Below, piece by piece: positions 28,362 through 43,482 of a DNA stretch of 64,000 nucleotides. The position numbers and the translations under genes were made by a program. Within the stretch, counting starts at the first letter, position 1; every line of letters begins with the position of its first letter. The stretch comes from Eledone cirrhosa. Lineage: Eukaryota. The stretch lies in the NCBI GenBank assembly GCA_964016885.1, contig OZ024742.1, positions 81,654,001-81,718,000 on the forward strand, read 5' to 3'. Under the pieces are notes generated by a model that saw only the letters and a list, made by a program, of their open reading frames with translations, was not told the origin of the DNA and ran no database searches.

Positions 28362-29867
28362 GTGCAGGAGGTGAGTTTTATTGTAGTACAATAAAGCAAT
28401 GCAGATATCGGATAAGAAGCACTCTACAGTTGGTAGGACTGGAGTATACATAATATATAAGATCAAAAGATGGTTAAAGGAGTTCCATGTATTTCAAAAA
28501 CAAACATCATCATGCAATAATATTTGTGTTTTCATCAGATAAAACAGGAGGACATGATATGAAGGCTAAAAAACACTTGTGGATAGTGCAGTTTTGTGGA
28601 TAGTGCAGTTACAGATTTTAGATAGAGAGCTGTTCAAGTAGAAAGACAAAAACATTAAATATACCATCTTTTGGAAGAAGGTTTCTTCTGCGTCTTCATA
28701 CTTGAACAGCTCTCTATCTAAAATCTGTAATCTCTGCCCAAATGAAAAATTTACCATTATCTCTAATCTAGATTCTATAATAAATAGACGTACAGATTTG
28801 TTTTCTATCTGCTTGCATAAATTCCATAAAACATTTCACAAAGTATACAGCTAATATTCAATTCGTTTTCAATTTAGAATCTTTTCTCAAAGGCACATAT
28901 ACATACACCTCTTTTAAAATATACCCATCTTCCTACCTTACTTCAAAGGGTATTATACACTCTATAATACTTGTTTACTCATTACTCTATCTTCACCTTG
29001 TAAAATCCTTCGTAACATATACATTTGTTTTGACGCCGGATTATTCATCCTTAATTTATTATTTTTTTCTCCCCATCATCTAACTCATTCTTAATACATA
29101 TTAACTCTTTCTTCGCACATATTATCAATTCCTTCAATATACAAACCTTAACTTCACATTATTTTTCTCAAATCCTTCAATACACAAACCTTAATAATTG
29201 TTTTAATACATATTAACTCTTTCTTCGCACATATTATCAATTCCATCAATATACAAACCTTAACTTCACATTATTTTTCTCAAATCCTTCAATACACAAA
29301 CCTTAATAATTTTTTCTCTTCGTTAATTTTCAAATTTCCATAATACTTGTAAACATACACACAATTTTTTTGACGTTAGAATATTCATCCGCAATTATTA
29401 TTTTTTTCTCTCTATCATCAAACTTTTTAATCTCAATACATATTAACTCCCTCTCCTTCTTCGTACTTATTTTTTCCCTTCGTTAATTTTCAAATTCTTT
29501 TAATTTATACATTATCTTCCAACGGTTTTCAACCTCTCTTTGTAAAACAATATATCTTTTCTCAGTTATAAAAACTATCTCTTTCTCTCTATCACCCATC
29601 TCTCCCTCTCCACCTTCACTCTCATCTCCTCCCCTTTTTTCACCCTCCCCCTCTCTAAATAAAATATTTTTCCCAATATCACACATCAATCTAAAATTAC
29701 TTTTCATATGTTGATTTAAAACTGCACTATCCACAAGTGTTTTTTAGCCTTCATATCATGTCCTCCTGTTTTATCTGATGAAAACACAAATATTATTGCA
29801 TGATGATGTTTGTTTTTGAAATGCGCATAATAAAATACATGGAACTCCTTTAACCATCTTTTGATCT

Positions 29868-29876
<9 letters not shown>
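28362..29876 (+). mobile_element. PLE family C (Naiad-like), 5'-truncated, with inverted long-terminus arm
   Basis: Inverted arm 28362-28594 vs 29718-29876; plus strand encodes GIY-YIG C-terminus (SKICNLCPNEK..CLHK) homologous to 33215-33430; about 113-bp duplication in the 3' UTR (29092-29310). Confidence 0.85.
29767..29837 (+). ncRNA. Type-I hammerhead motif, family C (mutated minus copies near 28490-28546 and 31960-32032)
   Basis: TGTTTTAT-CTGATGA-stem II-GAAA-TGCGCA-TA-ATAAAATA; palindromic stem III ATGCGCAT. Confidence 0.8.
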
Positions 29877-29931
<55 letters not shown>

Positions 29932-30673
29932 AGAGAGAGAGAGTGAGAGAAAGAGAGTGTGTGTATTTTCCTAGTAAACAGGTGTGATGGAGAAAGTAGG
30001 GGATAGACAGTGATAAGTGTATCTGCACAGAAGAAGGAAATGGTTCGGGTGAAAGTAGGGGTGGTTAGTTGGTTGGAGTGGATTGGAAGTGAAAGGGCAT
30101 AATGGTCATAGGAATAGTGGGTGGGAGTGTCAGGCCATTTATAAATGGATCTTATAGACTGAAAAATTATTTCTAAGTGAAGAATTAACATTAAAAAGTG
30201 GGTTATAGATAAGTAAATGAGCAGATGGCTAAATAATTTAGTAAGTAGGCTGAAATAAAGCCACGTAAGATATACGGGTTTAAAGACTGGTAGAGCACAT
30301 TAAAATGTTTTCCGTGCGGCTGATGTTATATATTACAATTCTCCTGTTTTTTTTATCCAATAATATATTAATTGTATCATAAACTTCAACATTATCATAC
30401 TCATCATGATCATCAACATCATTATCAGAAGCAACATCATCTTTATCATCATCATCGACATCATCATCATCATCATCATCATCATCGTATATAAAACGGC
30501 CACGGTCTGTTTTCTCAAATACTTCCATATTTTTGTAAAATTGCATTCATTCACACTAATTGATATCCATAAACAAAACAATTCAAAAGTGCTTATTCCC
30601 TCTTGACTATACCTTTGTACAGTCTGTTATTGATGATTTAGTTTTTTTTCTGGATAAATAAATAAATAAATAT

Positions 30674-31464
<791 letters not shown>

Positions 31465-31544
31465 TATATATATATATACATACTTATTTGCCCCAGCATG
31501 GCCTCGGCCGGATGGGTGGAACAGGTGATTAAAGAGTAAAAGAT

Positions 31545-31596
<52 letters not shown>

Positions 31597-31599
<3 letters not shown>

Positions 31600-31769
31600 G
31601 ATTCTCGGACCCTGGCGACTGAGCTCATGCCGTTTCAACAGCTAGCTGTTGAAATGGTGTGAGCTCACGCGTCAGGGTGCCGAAATCTTCTTTTTAGCCA
31701 CTCTGTTTCCCCAAGTATCGAGTACTCTGGTGCGTAATGGTATAACTGGTTTTTACTGCATCCATTCTG

Positions 31770-31773
<4 letters not shown>
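31597..31773. mobile_element. Asymmetric fold-back mini-element, family K
   Basis: Centre TTTCAACAGCTAGCTGTTGAAA; arms about 31597-31643 / 31644-31690; about 83-nt tail homologous to 11790-11850. Confidence 0.75.
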
Positions 31774-31835
<62 letters not shown>

Positions 31836-31838
<3 letters not shown>

Positions 31839-33473
31839 GGAGGTGAGTTTTATTGTAGTACAATAAAGCAACGTGGATATCGGATAAGAAGCACTCTACA
31901 GTTTGTAGGACTGGAGTATACATAATATATAAGATCAAAAGATGGTTAAATAAGTTCCATGTATTTTATTTTGCGCATTTCAAAAACAAATACCCTCATG
32001 CAATAATATTTGTGTTTTCATCAGATAAAATAGGAGGACAATGGGAACATCCGATTCATCCTAATTGACAGATTTAATTGCTATCTTTAATTTGAACTCA
32101 TTGAGTCGGAAAATTCCTCAACTTCGCGGTGGAATTTATCGTGACGATGGACTCTTTACTATCTTAAATTGCAACATAGTTAACTTTAATTTTATTAAGA
32201 ACAATATACGTAATCTCTTTAACCAACATAACCTAAAAATTGAATTTGATAACAGCATCAAACTAGCTACTTTCTTGGATGTATCTCTTAATCTTGACAC
32301 TGGCCTATATTACCCTTACCATAAAAACAATGAGAACCTAAATTATGTTAATTTTAAATCTAACCACCCTACTAATATTAAGAATGCTATAGTTAGTAAT
32401 ATTGGAAAAAGAATATCTAACCTATCTTCTAATAAAAACATCTTCGATGCTAACGCCAATTACTATAATAACGCGCTTTCTAAAGCCAGCTATCCTGATA
32501 AAATCAAATATAATAAAGAAACAAATTCTAGAAAATCTTACAGTAGAATAATTAATCATGATCATTCCAATAACTTTAATAAAAGACCAAGATACAAAAA
32601 CATAATCTGGTATAATCCTCCTTTCTCCATCTCTATTAATAATAATATTCCTAAATTATTCTTTAGTGCCTTAAATAAATGCTTCCCTCCCTCACATATC
32701 TATAGTAAAATATTTAACAAATACACTATAACATTTTCCTATTCGACATCCTCCAACATTTCCAACATTATCTCTAAACACAACAATAAAATACTAAATA
32801 CTAAATCTCTTCCTTCCAACACTGAATATCATAATAATAGTAATAGTACTCCCAAATACAACGTCAAACACAACATCGCTAAATGTTCTTAATCCCATTC
32901 TAAATCAAGACACTATTATTCCTATCGCAAATAACTTCTCCAATCCAATTCCTTCTATAGATAACACTAGGTCACTCGTTAATAATCTCTCTAATCGCAA
33001 TTACAATTGCCCTGCTAAAAATAAATGTCCTCTCAACAACCATTGTCTTGATAAAAACTTAATTTACGAATGTAAAGTTATAACTGACACCAATTCCTTC
33101 ACCTATTTTGGCTCCACTTCCACCTCCTTTAAAGCTCGTCTTTATAATCATCATTCGTCTTTTAAATATAAACTTAAAAGAACCAACACGGCTCTCTCAG
33201 AACTCATATGGTCCTTGAAAGACAAAAATATTAAATATAACATGTCTTTGAAAAAGGTTTCCTCTGCTTCTCCATCCTTGAACAGTTCTCTATCCAAGAC
33301 TTGCAATCTCTGTCTGAATGAAAAATTTACCATTATATCTAATTTAGATTCTATAATAAATAGACGCACTGACTTGTTTTCTATCTGCTTGCATAAATTC
33401 CACAGAACTTTCCATAAAGTATACAGCTAATATCCTAAACTTTATCAATTCAGAATCCTTTTCTCAAAGGCAC

Positions 33474-33517
<44 letters not shown>

Positions 33518-34144
33518 TTCTTTAAAAATATACCCATCGTTCTACCTTATTTCAAAGTTATTTATCATATTCTATATCATTCCTATTCATCATTTCCCTT
33601 TCTTCCTTTTCCTTTCCTTTTCTTTTTCTTTTAATTTCTAACCCCTAATGTGTACCTTTTCACACTGTGCCTAACATAGAAACAATTATTATTCAATACA
33701 CTATATTCTTACTTTATATCACATTGAACAAATCCTTCGTAAACATAAACATTTTTTTTGACGTTAGATTATTCATCCTCTATTCATTATTTTTTTCTCA
33801 CTTTCATCTAACTTATTCTTGCTCATCTCACATTACTTCTGGTTTTTTTTAATAATACATATCAACATTTTCTTTCCATCGCACATATTATTAAACCCTT
33901 AAAATTATTCTTAATACATATTAACATTTTCTTTCCATCGCACATATAATTAAACCCTTAAATATTATTCTTAATACATATTAACAATTTCTTTTCATCG
34001 CACATATTATTAAACCTTTCAATATACAACCCTTAACTTTACACTATTTTTCTATTCGTTAATTTTCAAATTCTTTTAATTTATACATTATCTTCCAACG
34101 GTTTTTCAACCTCTCTATGTAAAACAATATATTTTTCTCAGTTA
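31836..34144 (+). mobile_element. PLE family C (Naiad-like), 5'-truncated RT + GIY-YIG with inverted terminal arm
   Basis: ORF 32065-32892 (GGIYRDDGL, SNHP, IWYNPP); C-P-x4-CP-x4-C linker; LIYEC..YFG; CNLCLNEK; inverted arm 31836-32040; three 60-bp repeats at 33855-34015. Confidence 0.9.
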
Positions 34145-37100
34145 TAAGGATAAATATGTATCGAGTATATAAGAACCGTAGAGCAAATATTTATAAAAAT
34201 AACAGATTAAAGTTTAAGCAAAGAATCGCTGCTTTCACCCTTAACGGGATCTTCTGAAACTAACAAAGTCATTCTGTAAACGCAGAACTGGATATTTCAA
34301 AAAACTTTGCAACCGGAGGAAGACAGGAAGACGATACTTTGGTTCGTGGTAACGTTCGCTGGCAAAGAACGGGAAAAAACGAATAATACGTCATTAATAG
34401 GAGCGGTGAAAAACAATTACGCGCAAAGACAGAACCACGTTTATGGTATAAAAGAGGTCGTAGACTAATGTTCTCTTAGGTGGTTCATAGAGATGTTCTC
34501 TGGCAATGAACGAAAAAAAACGAAGATAATACGTCATATGTGGAGCGTGGAGAACAATAGCACGCAAAGACAGAACCACGTAAATGGTATAGCAGAAGTC
34601 GTTGACTAAAATTCTAACTAGGAGACCAAATGAATATCCGCTACAGAGTTAAGAACAAGTAACTAAATACAATGCAGAAGTAACAGAAATAAATAAATAC
34701 ATACACGCAAACAAATGCGTACATACACAAGCATACGCAAAACCTTACCATAGGTATACAAAACCACGCACATATAAATATATGTGTGTGTGTATGCGTG
34801 TATACAAATAAATAAATAATTATATAAACGTATATAAATAAAGAAATACGTATATAACAAGCGCACACACATACCTACATATAAATACACGAATGTTCGG
34901 AGACGTGAATCAAACAAAACATGAAGTACACATATACACACACCCACATACGTACGAACCAGCAAACTCACACAGACGCAAAACTCCCGTATACACATAG
35001 CCAAACCCTATGTACCAGAATATATAAAAGTATACGCAAAAACAATCAAATATACGTACGAGAAGGTATACGTACCTTCACAAAACAAACGGGTAATACA
35101 TACTTACCTATGCAAATAAGTAAAGGAATAAACAAAACATATACTTAGCTCCCACATCAAGACGTAACATATCCACGTATAGATCGTACTATCCGTTAGG
35201 GTATAACGTGGGGCTGTAATACAGGAAAGTGTTGTGCAATTTATGTTTACAAGCCGAAATTGCCTCAGATTTTGTGTTTAAGATGTGGTCTGTGACGTAG
35301 AGTATTTCCAGGGCCTCAGCGGCGCTGAGGTCACATGGTCTTTTATTTCCGTTATACGATCTAGCCCTAGCTAGGATCTCCCACTGTAACTTATATTGGG
35401 TGTGGTTGTCTTTTAGACTCCAGATATAAGCTGAAAGTGACGTCATATTCCTTCTTAGAGGGTAACGAAAAGAATGGGTATGTATGTAAAGGCGTTGCTT
35501 GAAACTATTGGCGGTTAACCCTATGTAGGCCCTACGGGACGTGGGTGTTACAACCTTACATTTGTAGACAATGTTACTAGAGAGGCATTTCCCGCATATA
35601 GGGCAGTCAGCCCGATTCCTACAATTACAGTTAGTACTAACTACATGGTTGCACGTGTTCCTACGGCTAGGTAGTTTAGCTAAATTTGAAGCGGTGATGT
35701 TATGTGCAAGGTTAGGAGTCGTAGAGTAAGAAATGTTAATAGTATTTCTATTAAAAATGTTACTATATTTATGTGTAGGGGGAAAATGCTTCGTAATAAG
35801 GGAAATAAAGATCTTAGCTAATGGTGTGGCCACCTCCATATTATATGGTGGGTTATACCAACAAATGCGACGGGATCTACTTCTTCTAGGTCTATTTTTT
35901 GTACTCAGTATAAGCTACCTTATCGACAAATCCACTTCGCGCAAGAGCTTCATTGTAATAAGTGGAATGGTCGTTGAAAATACGCTCGTTGGTGGAAAGA
36001 CGGGAAAGCCTCAACGAAACGTTTCTTACCAGGTTCTTGGTTATGCTGGCAGGATGGTTGGAATGCTTACTTATGTAATTAAACGTACCATTCAGCTTTC
36101 TCTACGGGTAATACAACCCATTCAATAAATTGTGGGTAACGTCGAGGTAATTAACGACCGAGAGATTGGCCTCAACCTGTATAGAGAGGTTGAAGCCTTT
36201 AAAGAAGGCAGTGAGTTCTTTTCTGAACCTGTAGCAAGCACCATGTCCGCACTTAGTCATGGTCAAAAGACCATCGTCACGGTACAAACCACCGCCCGCG
36301 TTGGGAAATTCGTCCTTGGTAGAGAATAGAAGGAAAAGGCCAATAAGATCAGTAACCTCCGCAGAGTCACTGGCGCCCATACTCACGTCGAATGGGGTAC
36401 TATTGGTTTTTTTTATCCAAATAGAGTCGTCGAAATTAATCACCGACTTTCGGGCATTGAGGATGACATCGACTTCGAAATCCTTAACCACTGTGAGTGT
36501 TTTAGCGAAATTGATAGCTCTAAGGAGAAGTGGTAAAGTGATGGGGGAGTAGTAATTGTTGATGTCGAATTGGATAAAACGGCAATGTTCCTTGTTACAT
36601 ATGCAGTTGAACCAATCAATCACCGCGAAAGAATTGGTCCACAGTGCAAGAGGGGCCAAACTTCTAATTTCAGGTATAATTCTATCAAGAATCGTTTTAC
36701 TAAGTCTACCTAAATCGGACTTCGTAGGGTTAATAAGCCGAATAGAGGGGTTGTTCGGAACGTTGGATTTGTGATCCTTCAGGGTAAAGTGGGGAGAAAT
36801 AGGGTACAGAGGTTCGGTCCGGTCCAGGATGTTGAGATCAGATGTGATTTTAAACCCAGCATCGTTGATTTCATTGATGACGCACCGATTAGTTTTACGG
36901 TAATCCTTAGTTACAGCATTATGTAGTAGTTGATGGTAAGTACTGCGCTCCACTTGATATAGGTTGCCAGTTTTGTCGGAATGGACGTGCACGGCGTTAG
37001 AATCCTTAATAGAACGAATTCTATTCTTCAGGTCTTGCTGGAAGGAATTGCTCCTATTCCGAAATTTGATGCTCCGAATGAATTCCAAGACATCATTTTC

Positions 37101-37362
37101 GAAGGGTAGCAATGCTGGGTTCCACGGGGGGTTATTATAGGTTTTAAATCCAAATTTATCCTGTTTGTTGTCTGCTTTTCGCGGATTATCGAAATAAAAC
37201 GCACACCAACACAACCTTTTAATGAACGCGTCTGTTTTCTGTATCAGGAGTTTTAGAAATGTTTTCCTGCTTGGTACGGGCTATGTTCTTTGTAGAAATA
37301 TTCAGATCGTGTTTCTGCATTATGAATATAAGTCAGTAGAGTGCTCAACCGAGGGAGCCAAA
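34144..37362 (-). mobile_element. Near full-length PLE family I (Naiad-like), disrupted
   Basis: ORFs 36102-37214 (SDKTGN, TLKDHK, MGASDSAE, GGLYRDDGL) and 35189-35839 (CNCRNRADCPICGKC, IVYKC..YIG); pLTR at about 34144-34620. Confidence 0.9.
34211..34261 (-). ncRNA. Variant hammerhead motif, family I (CAGAAGA core); copies at 60979-61029, about 14880-14928, about 63928-63978
   Basis: AGTTT-CAGAAGA-T-CCC-GTTAA-GGG-T-GAAA-GCA-GCGATTCTT-TGC-TT-AAACT on minus strand. Confidence 0.7.
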
Positions 37363-37363
37363 T

Positions 37364-37483
<120 letters not shown>

Positions 37484-39879
37484 ATTATTATTAAGTGTAA
37501 TGAATTCTTTTACAATGGAATTAGCTCGAAGGAGGAAATACCCCTGAGCCGTGTATAAATTAATATATATGATGAAACACAGATACCAACACATCTGTAT
37601 TTATATTGCAAAAGAAAATTTAGCCAGAATGAAGTATACTAATTATTATACTACAGTTTGTCCATATCGATTTAAAATAATAAATCAACAAAGACGAACT
37701 GCATTGCCATGTTTGTGTGTGTGTGTAAGTGTATGTGTATGTGTTTGTGATTATGTGCGTGTGAATACATGTGTCTGTGATTATATACATATGTATATGT
37801 ATAAAGATTTCCCCTAATATATATTTGTGCCAAATTGTGGTTAATGTATTTAAATCCGGCAATCATATTCACATTTCCATATCGAAATACGCCTTGTAAT
37901 GATTGGTAATTTTATTTTAATATTTTCAAGTATAAATTTGTTTATTCGCATTTTCAATCGTATGTCTCGTTGTTATACGCTTTACTTTTTCATTTCTGTC
38001 GTCAACAATGTGCATTAAATAAAATGGGACAAACAATTTCATATGATCTTATTAAACTTTCACTTCGTATAGCATGAATCAACGTCTCATAAATCATGGT
38101 AAGTTGATCTAGTATTATACAAGTATCTTTCTATAAACTTTTTATCCCATTGCTTGTTTCACTTACGAGAATGGACCTACCGACCGTTTAGGTTGAAATT
38201 ATGTGCATAGTTTTGTGCATCTCTAGTCCTTTGTACAATACACTTACCTACTTTATTTAACCATCAAGCAGCAACTATTTTTCTTGATGCTACATGCTTG
38301 TTGAGCTTTTCAAGGTACTTCCTAGTGTAGAATTCAATAGAGAGGGAGAGGGAGCATGGGGCATATGATACACACATGTAATACACCTTTCTCTCTCTTG
38401 TTAATGTTATATTCCATTTGAAGTCATACGAACGATGATTTATGCAGATATTCTAGTTATTATATGCAGGTTTCATAAATTCTCTGATCAGAAACACCCG
38501 ACGAACAACCGTAGTGTCGACGTTATGAAACACCATGATTACCTATATTCTCCATGTTTTTGATTAACGTGTCTTATGAACTGTAAGATGTCCTGTGGTG
38601 TGAGTTGGCTTCACACCCTTGATTGAACAGGTGTTTAATTGAAACTAAATCATTGTGTAAGAGGTGTATTAGGAAATGTTTTGTAAAGATTGAAAGTTTC
38701 CTCGGGTCATATTATAAGATATAATTATGTAAGTCAATATTACCTAATTTACAATCATTATTCCGACAGTGGAAATGTGTGGCTTGTGTCGATATAATCG
38801 ACACCGTATAGTGTCTTATTGTAAATATTCATAAATATCTAGCTCATGTTAATTTAAATAACTATTTCCTTTGAGCTAAACATTATCAGTAAAATTAATT
38901 TCAATATTGTACATTTTTATTCTTTTTACTAGAAATAATTTGTTCAACTATATTCGTAGAAATGATTCTGAATGACATAATCTGTGTGCGTAAGGAGGAT
39001 AGATTCTAAAAATACATTGTTTCTGAAGTAAGGCAATAAACGAGCGTCACAATAGTTACCTAATTTTCTCCGAAAAGTAAGATAGCTCACACAAACCCTA
39101 ACCTAATATCTGATAGAAGTGATGATAAAATATTTTAAATTATTTCCCAGCACTTTATATCCATAAATACTATAATGCAGTCAACTATATCATGTTCTGT
39201 CAAATGGATTCAATGTGTACAGCAACACAGATGATCATGAATACGTTTTAATTGGTAAACGTATTCGATTTATGACTCATTTCAATCTTTAGTTCACTGT
39301 ATATACTTTGGGACGCAACAAAACAAAACTGAAAGAATGTTTTTATTATCAAACAAACTGATAGCAATAATTAAAAATGTGAAATCACGCGAAGCAAAGT
39401 AGGAGAAGATATGTTTTCATCAATTATAAAACAACTTCACAACAAATTAATTTTTTTTAATTCTCTCTCCATGTTACAATGCAATTCTGAATATAAAACA
39501 CTGCTTCAGCATAACATCAACAAAGACTAAATATTTGAAATATTTAATATTGTATATTACTGTCTAATATCCTTCAAAATAAATAATATTTGAAAATGAA
39601 GAGTAACTACAAAACTGATAATATCAAAGCATATCAGAACATAGTATTTTGCTACCCATTTCAAATTTGAAGATAATATAGTATTTGTATAGCATGATTG
39701 TTTAAGTTCTTTTCTAGAGTAAAGACACCCTTCAGTCTAGAATAACCATGGGATTTGTACCAAGAAAGTTCCCTTTCGAGGCACAAGTCTGGGCAAAGTT
39801 TATAGAAGACTAGTAGTCACCCATACTGTCCAAGTGAATGGAAACAACTGATACAGCTTGGCAACAGTGATGTAGCATC

Positions 39880-40003
39880 TGAGTGCAGCTGAGTAGAAAT
39901 GTAATGTCATGCTCAAGGACACAACGTCTCATCCCGTCCGGGAATCTAACTCCCAACCTCACAATTGTAAACCCGATGCACTAACAGCTAAGCCATGCGC
40001 CTT
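39880..40003 (-). mobile_element. tRNA-derived SINE (family 2)
   Basis: Reverse complement reads GGCGCATGGCTTAGCTGTTAG..GTTAGATTCCCGG..GTGTCCTTGAGCA; related copy at 44505-44620. Confidence 0.65.
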
Positions 40004-40679
40004 CCTCAGTTCTGATAGTATAGTATACGAATCTCTGCGAAGCTGATAATCTAAGCGTAATCTGATGCAGTAACACAGTCAGGCATAATTCAAAACTGTC
40101 TAAATGCATATTAGTGACGTGTAGATCGTTTAAATAATTACTGTCTGACAGTTGTCTGGTGTCATTTGAATGCTCCACTGAAATATTAGCACATTTCCGC
40201 ATAATATTAGCGTACTGCATTGATTATTGCAAAACGGATAGCTGATTTTGAGTGGAAATACAGTTTGTTAAAATAGTGTTCTAAAATATGTTATGAAACT
40301 GTATATGTCAAACGTACTTGGTGTACGTCCAATGGATAATGTTTACAATACGTTAAGTTTTCAGATATTTTCTGTATTATAAAACCACTAAAATGATTAT
40401 ATCGAATCTGAAGGATTAATATTTAAAGTTCAATGAAGCTAATTTGCCTCAGGTGATATTGTTATACGTGTTTTCATTAATGTACTGCAGACATCTGCTT
40501 TTATCACTATGCTTACAACAAACCTTAACTTGTCCGTATCATATTACTTTCACGTGGAGATATAACAAAAATTAACATAAATTACGGCAACGTGAAAATA
40601 GTTCACTTTAAGAAAATTGTCGAGTGTAAGCTAGCTAATGAAAACAGCCGCTTTTGTAGCACAACCGGACAAAAAGTCA

Positions 40680-41390
40680 CACTGTGACAAGTCTTCGAAA
40701 GATCGTGGGGATATTGCCAAGTGATATATAGCTGCTTTATAGACCTAGAAATGGCACATGACAGTGCAGGAGTATGGGTTCGATTATAAGCTTCTTGTTG
40801 CTGTGATGTTTGTTTTCGGATAAATTATGCTAAATAGAAACCATTCAATGTGGGAGTTGGACTACGCGGTGGGCGCGTACTAACACGTCACCTGTTCATT
40901 ATGTTCATAAACAGAATTGACATGCGCAGCTGGGCTGGAAGTGGTGTCACGATTAGCAGGTATAAAATCATATGGCTGGAACTTGAGGACGAAATGAAAT
41001 TTCTCCGACTAGCACTTGATGAGTTTGATGCCGAGTGCACCATATTTGGAAGGAAAATCATTGCTGCGAAACTTGAGACACGATTTTCCGACAAGGCTTG
41101 TGCAGTGCATTCTAGAGGTAAATGGAATTACCCTGGCAAAGGTAGAAACGTTTAAGCATTTTGGAGCTGTTTTCAAGAATGGTGGAATTAAGGATGCTGA
41201 ATAAGTGCAAGAATTGCAAAACCTGGTGCCGTAATGCGCTAGCTTCGGCATTCGCTAATCAGAAGAAGGGAGGTAGGAGTAAAAACCAAATCCGCTATAT
41301 TTAATTCGGTATTCGTGCAAAAACATCTTCATGAATATTGGGAAATAACATAAAGCATACGGTCGCGAATACATGTCGAAGTGAGAAAAT
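40680..41390 (+). mobile_element. Decayed RTE-clade LINE RT fragment
   Basis: VGLR.G.VL..LFIMFI.RI and LAKVETFKHFG; homologous to 43483-44270. Confidence 0.7.
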
Positions 41391-41592
41391 GTTGATATGT
41401 GCCAAAGTTATAAATTCTATGATTTTGTTTTTAATCATGGATGCATGTGATACGCAATAAATTGTTTTATACTGTTGCTATTAACAAATTAAAATATTTT
41501 TTCAGAGTTACATATATAGCGAGATGTAAAGGAACTTATATTCGAAATGAAATCCAAGGAATAACAGTTCTGAGACCATTATTGCAGTACAA

Positions 41593-41782
41593 ACGCTGGA
41601 TTGGCAATATCAGTAGAGGGTCGGACGCCATGCTTTGACGCATAGAGTTACGGCCCTTGCCATTCTGAGTTCAAATCACGCCGAGGTTAACTTTTCATTT
41701 CATCCTTACGGGGTCGATAAAATAAAGTACCAGTAATACACTGGTTATTTGCTGGCCCTGTGCCAAAGTAGAAACAATTATT
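41593..41782 (+). mobile_element. tRNA-derived SINE (family 1)
   Basis: Full A/B box, core and 3' GCTGGCCCTGTGCC..AGAAACAATTATT. Confidence 0.85.
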
Positions 41783-42972
41783 GCAGTACACTATAGCATA
41801 AATTATATACGATATACACAGTTGACACATGTGTCTCTAGAAACTGCACAGGAAATTGAAACATAGTGATACATATATATGTTTATGAAAGTATTAAAAT
41901 ATTCCACTATATTTGGGCGAGTATATCAGTACAGAAGTTTATATTTATTCGTAAATATAGAAAGGCTTAAAATGAGGATAATTCTAAATATTAGAATTAA
42001 AAATAAGCACACATTAAAGAATAATAGACATTCCGTTGTAGTTAGAAAAAATTGAGTATTTCTTTAATTATGACATCGTAAATGACAATTTCTGTTGCAT
42101 TTCTGTTACTGAAATTGTTATTGTGTAAATCTGATGTAAATGCTCCATGTGGAGAATACAGAGTTGTAGTAAAATCAACAATTATCTCAAATTTCGCCAT
42201 GCGGTGAAACATATATATCTGTGTCTTGTATTTGTTAGGACTTTTTGTTTAACGTGCTCGTTAGGTTTATTTTTTACGAGCATAGAAAATGATTTATGTC
42301 AGGAATCTCATTTTCAATTTCCGTTTTCGACGTATATAGTTGATCGGGACTCATATGGTTAAAAATTAAAACATTTTAATGTGATGACATACAATATGTG
42401 TAGCTCAGTATATATGACAGTAACTAGAGGATTGTCCATAGAGCTTTGAAATTATAAATTGCAAGACTTTTAAAGATTGTGAAGAACACATACTCATCCT
42501 TTTGTAATTTTGTGGAATAATCTGTATGCATAAGTTTTCTGTATCCGATTTTCAGATATATTTGTTTTTGAAAGCACATTATATGGCTTGTTCTATTTCG
42601 TGTTTCAATGTTTTAACAGTCACGATACACAAACACAATTTTCTTAATTTGAGCTAAACTAAAGATTTCTTAATTATTTTCGCATCAAATTAGATAATTA
42701 GAATACTCTAGTTATACGAAACCATATACACAATATATGTGCTTCATACGATGTTAAATAGATAATTAATTTCATATATGCTGTATGTTGGTAATATGTT
42801 GAATTAATAGTTTATTGTCAACAGTAGCATCGCCTGTAGCAAACTAGACTGATGAACAATGGTGGTTACATTATTATCAACTTGATTTGAATCAGCGAAT
42901 TATTATACTGTAGTAATATATGCATTCCTTATTCACCCGGTTATATATATATACATGTATATATATATATAC

Positions 42973-43131
<159 letters not shown>

Positions 43132-43322
43132 GGTGTGTTTGTTTGTATATAATTTCAAATTCATCAATTAGAGCTTAAGACTTTAATAGTAATTATTAAT
43201 AAAGTTACGACCGGATAAATGGTGTTAAATCGAAACCTTTCAATGTGGAAGTCGGACACCGACATGAGTGCGTACTGTGTCCCCCGCCCCCCCTCTGTTC
43301 ATTATTTATATGAACTAATGCG

Positions 43323-43482
43323 ATTGATTGGCAGTACCAGTAGAGTTTCGGACGCCAAGCTTCGTAGCAAGAGGTACGGCCCTTTATCCCTGAGTTCAAA
43401 TCAAGTCACGCCCTGGCGTCGATTTAATTGACTCCCCCCTCCCACAAAGTTGCTGGCCTTGTGCCTATATCAGAAACCATTA
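43323..43482 (+). mobile_element. tRNA-derived SINE (family 1-related), internally deleted
   Basis: GATTGGCAGTA..GAGTTCAAAT and 3' TTGCTGGCCTTGTGCC..AGAAACCATTATT. Confidence 0.65.

Noticed and set aside
32065-37214. Selenocysteine recoding, reported for some Naiad PLEs
   Set aside because: The stops checked are TAG (36102) and TAA (32890); no in-frame TGA seen at conserved Cys positions and no SECIS recognised
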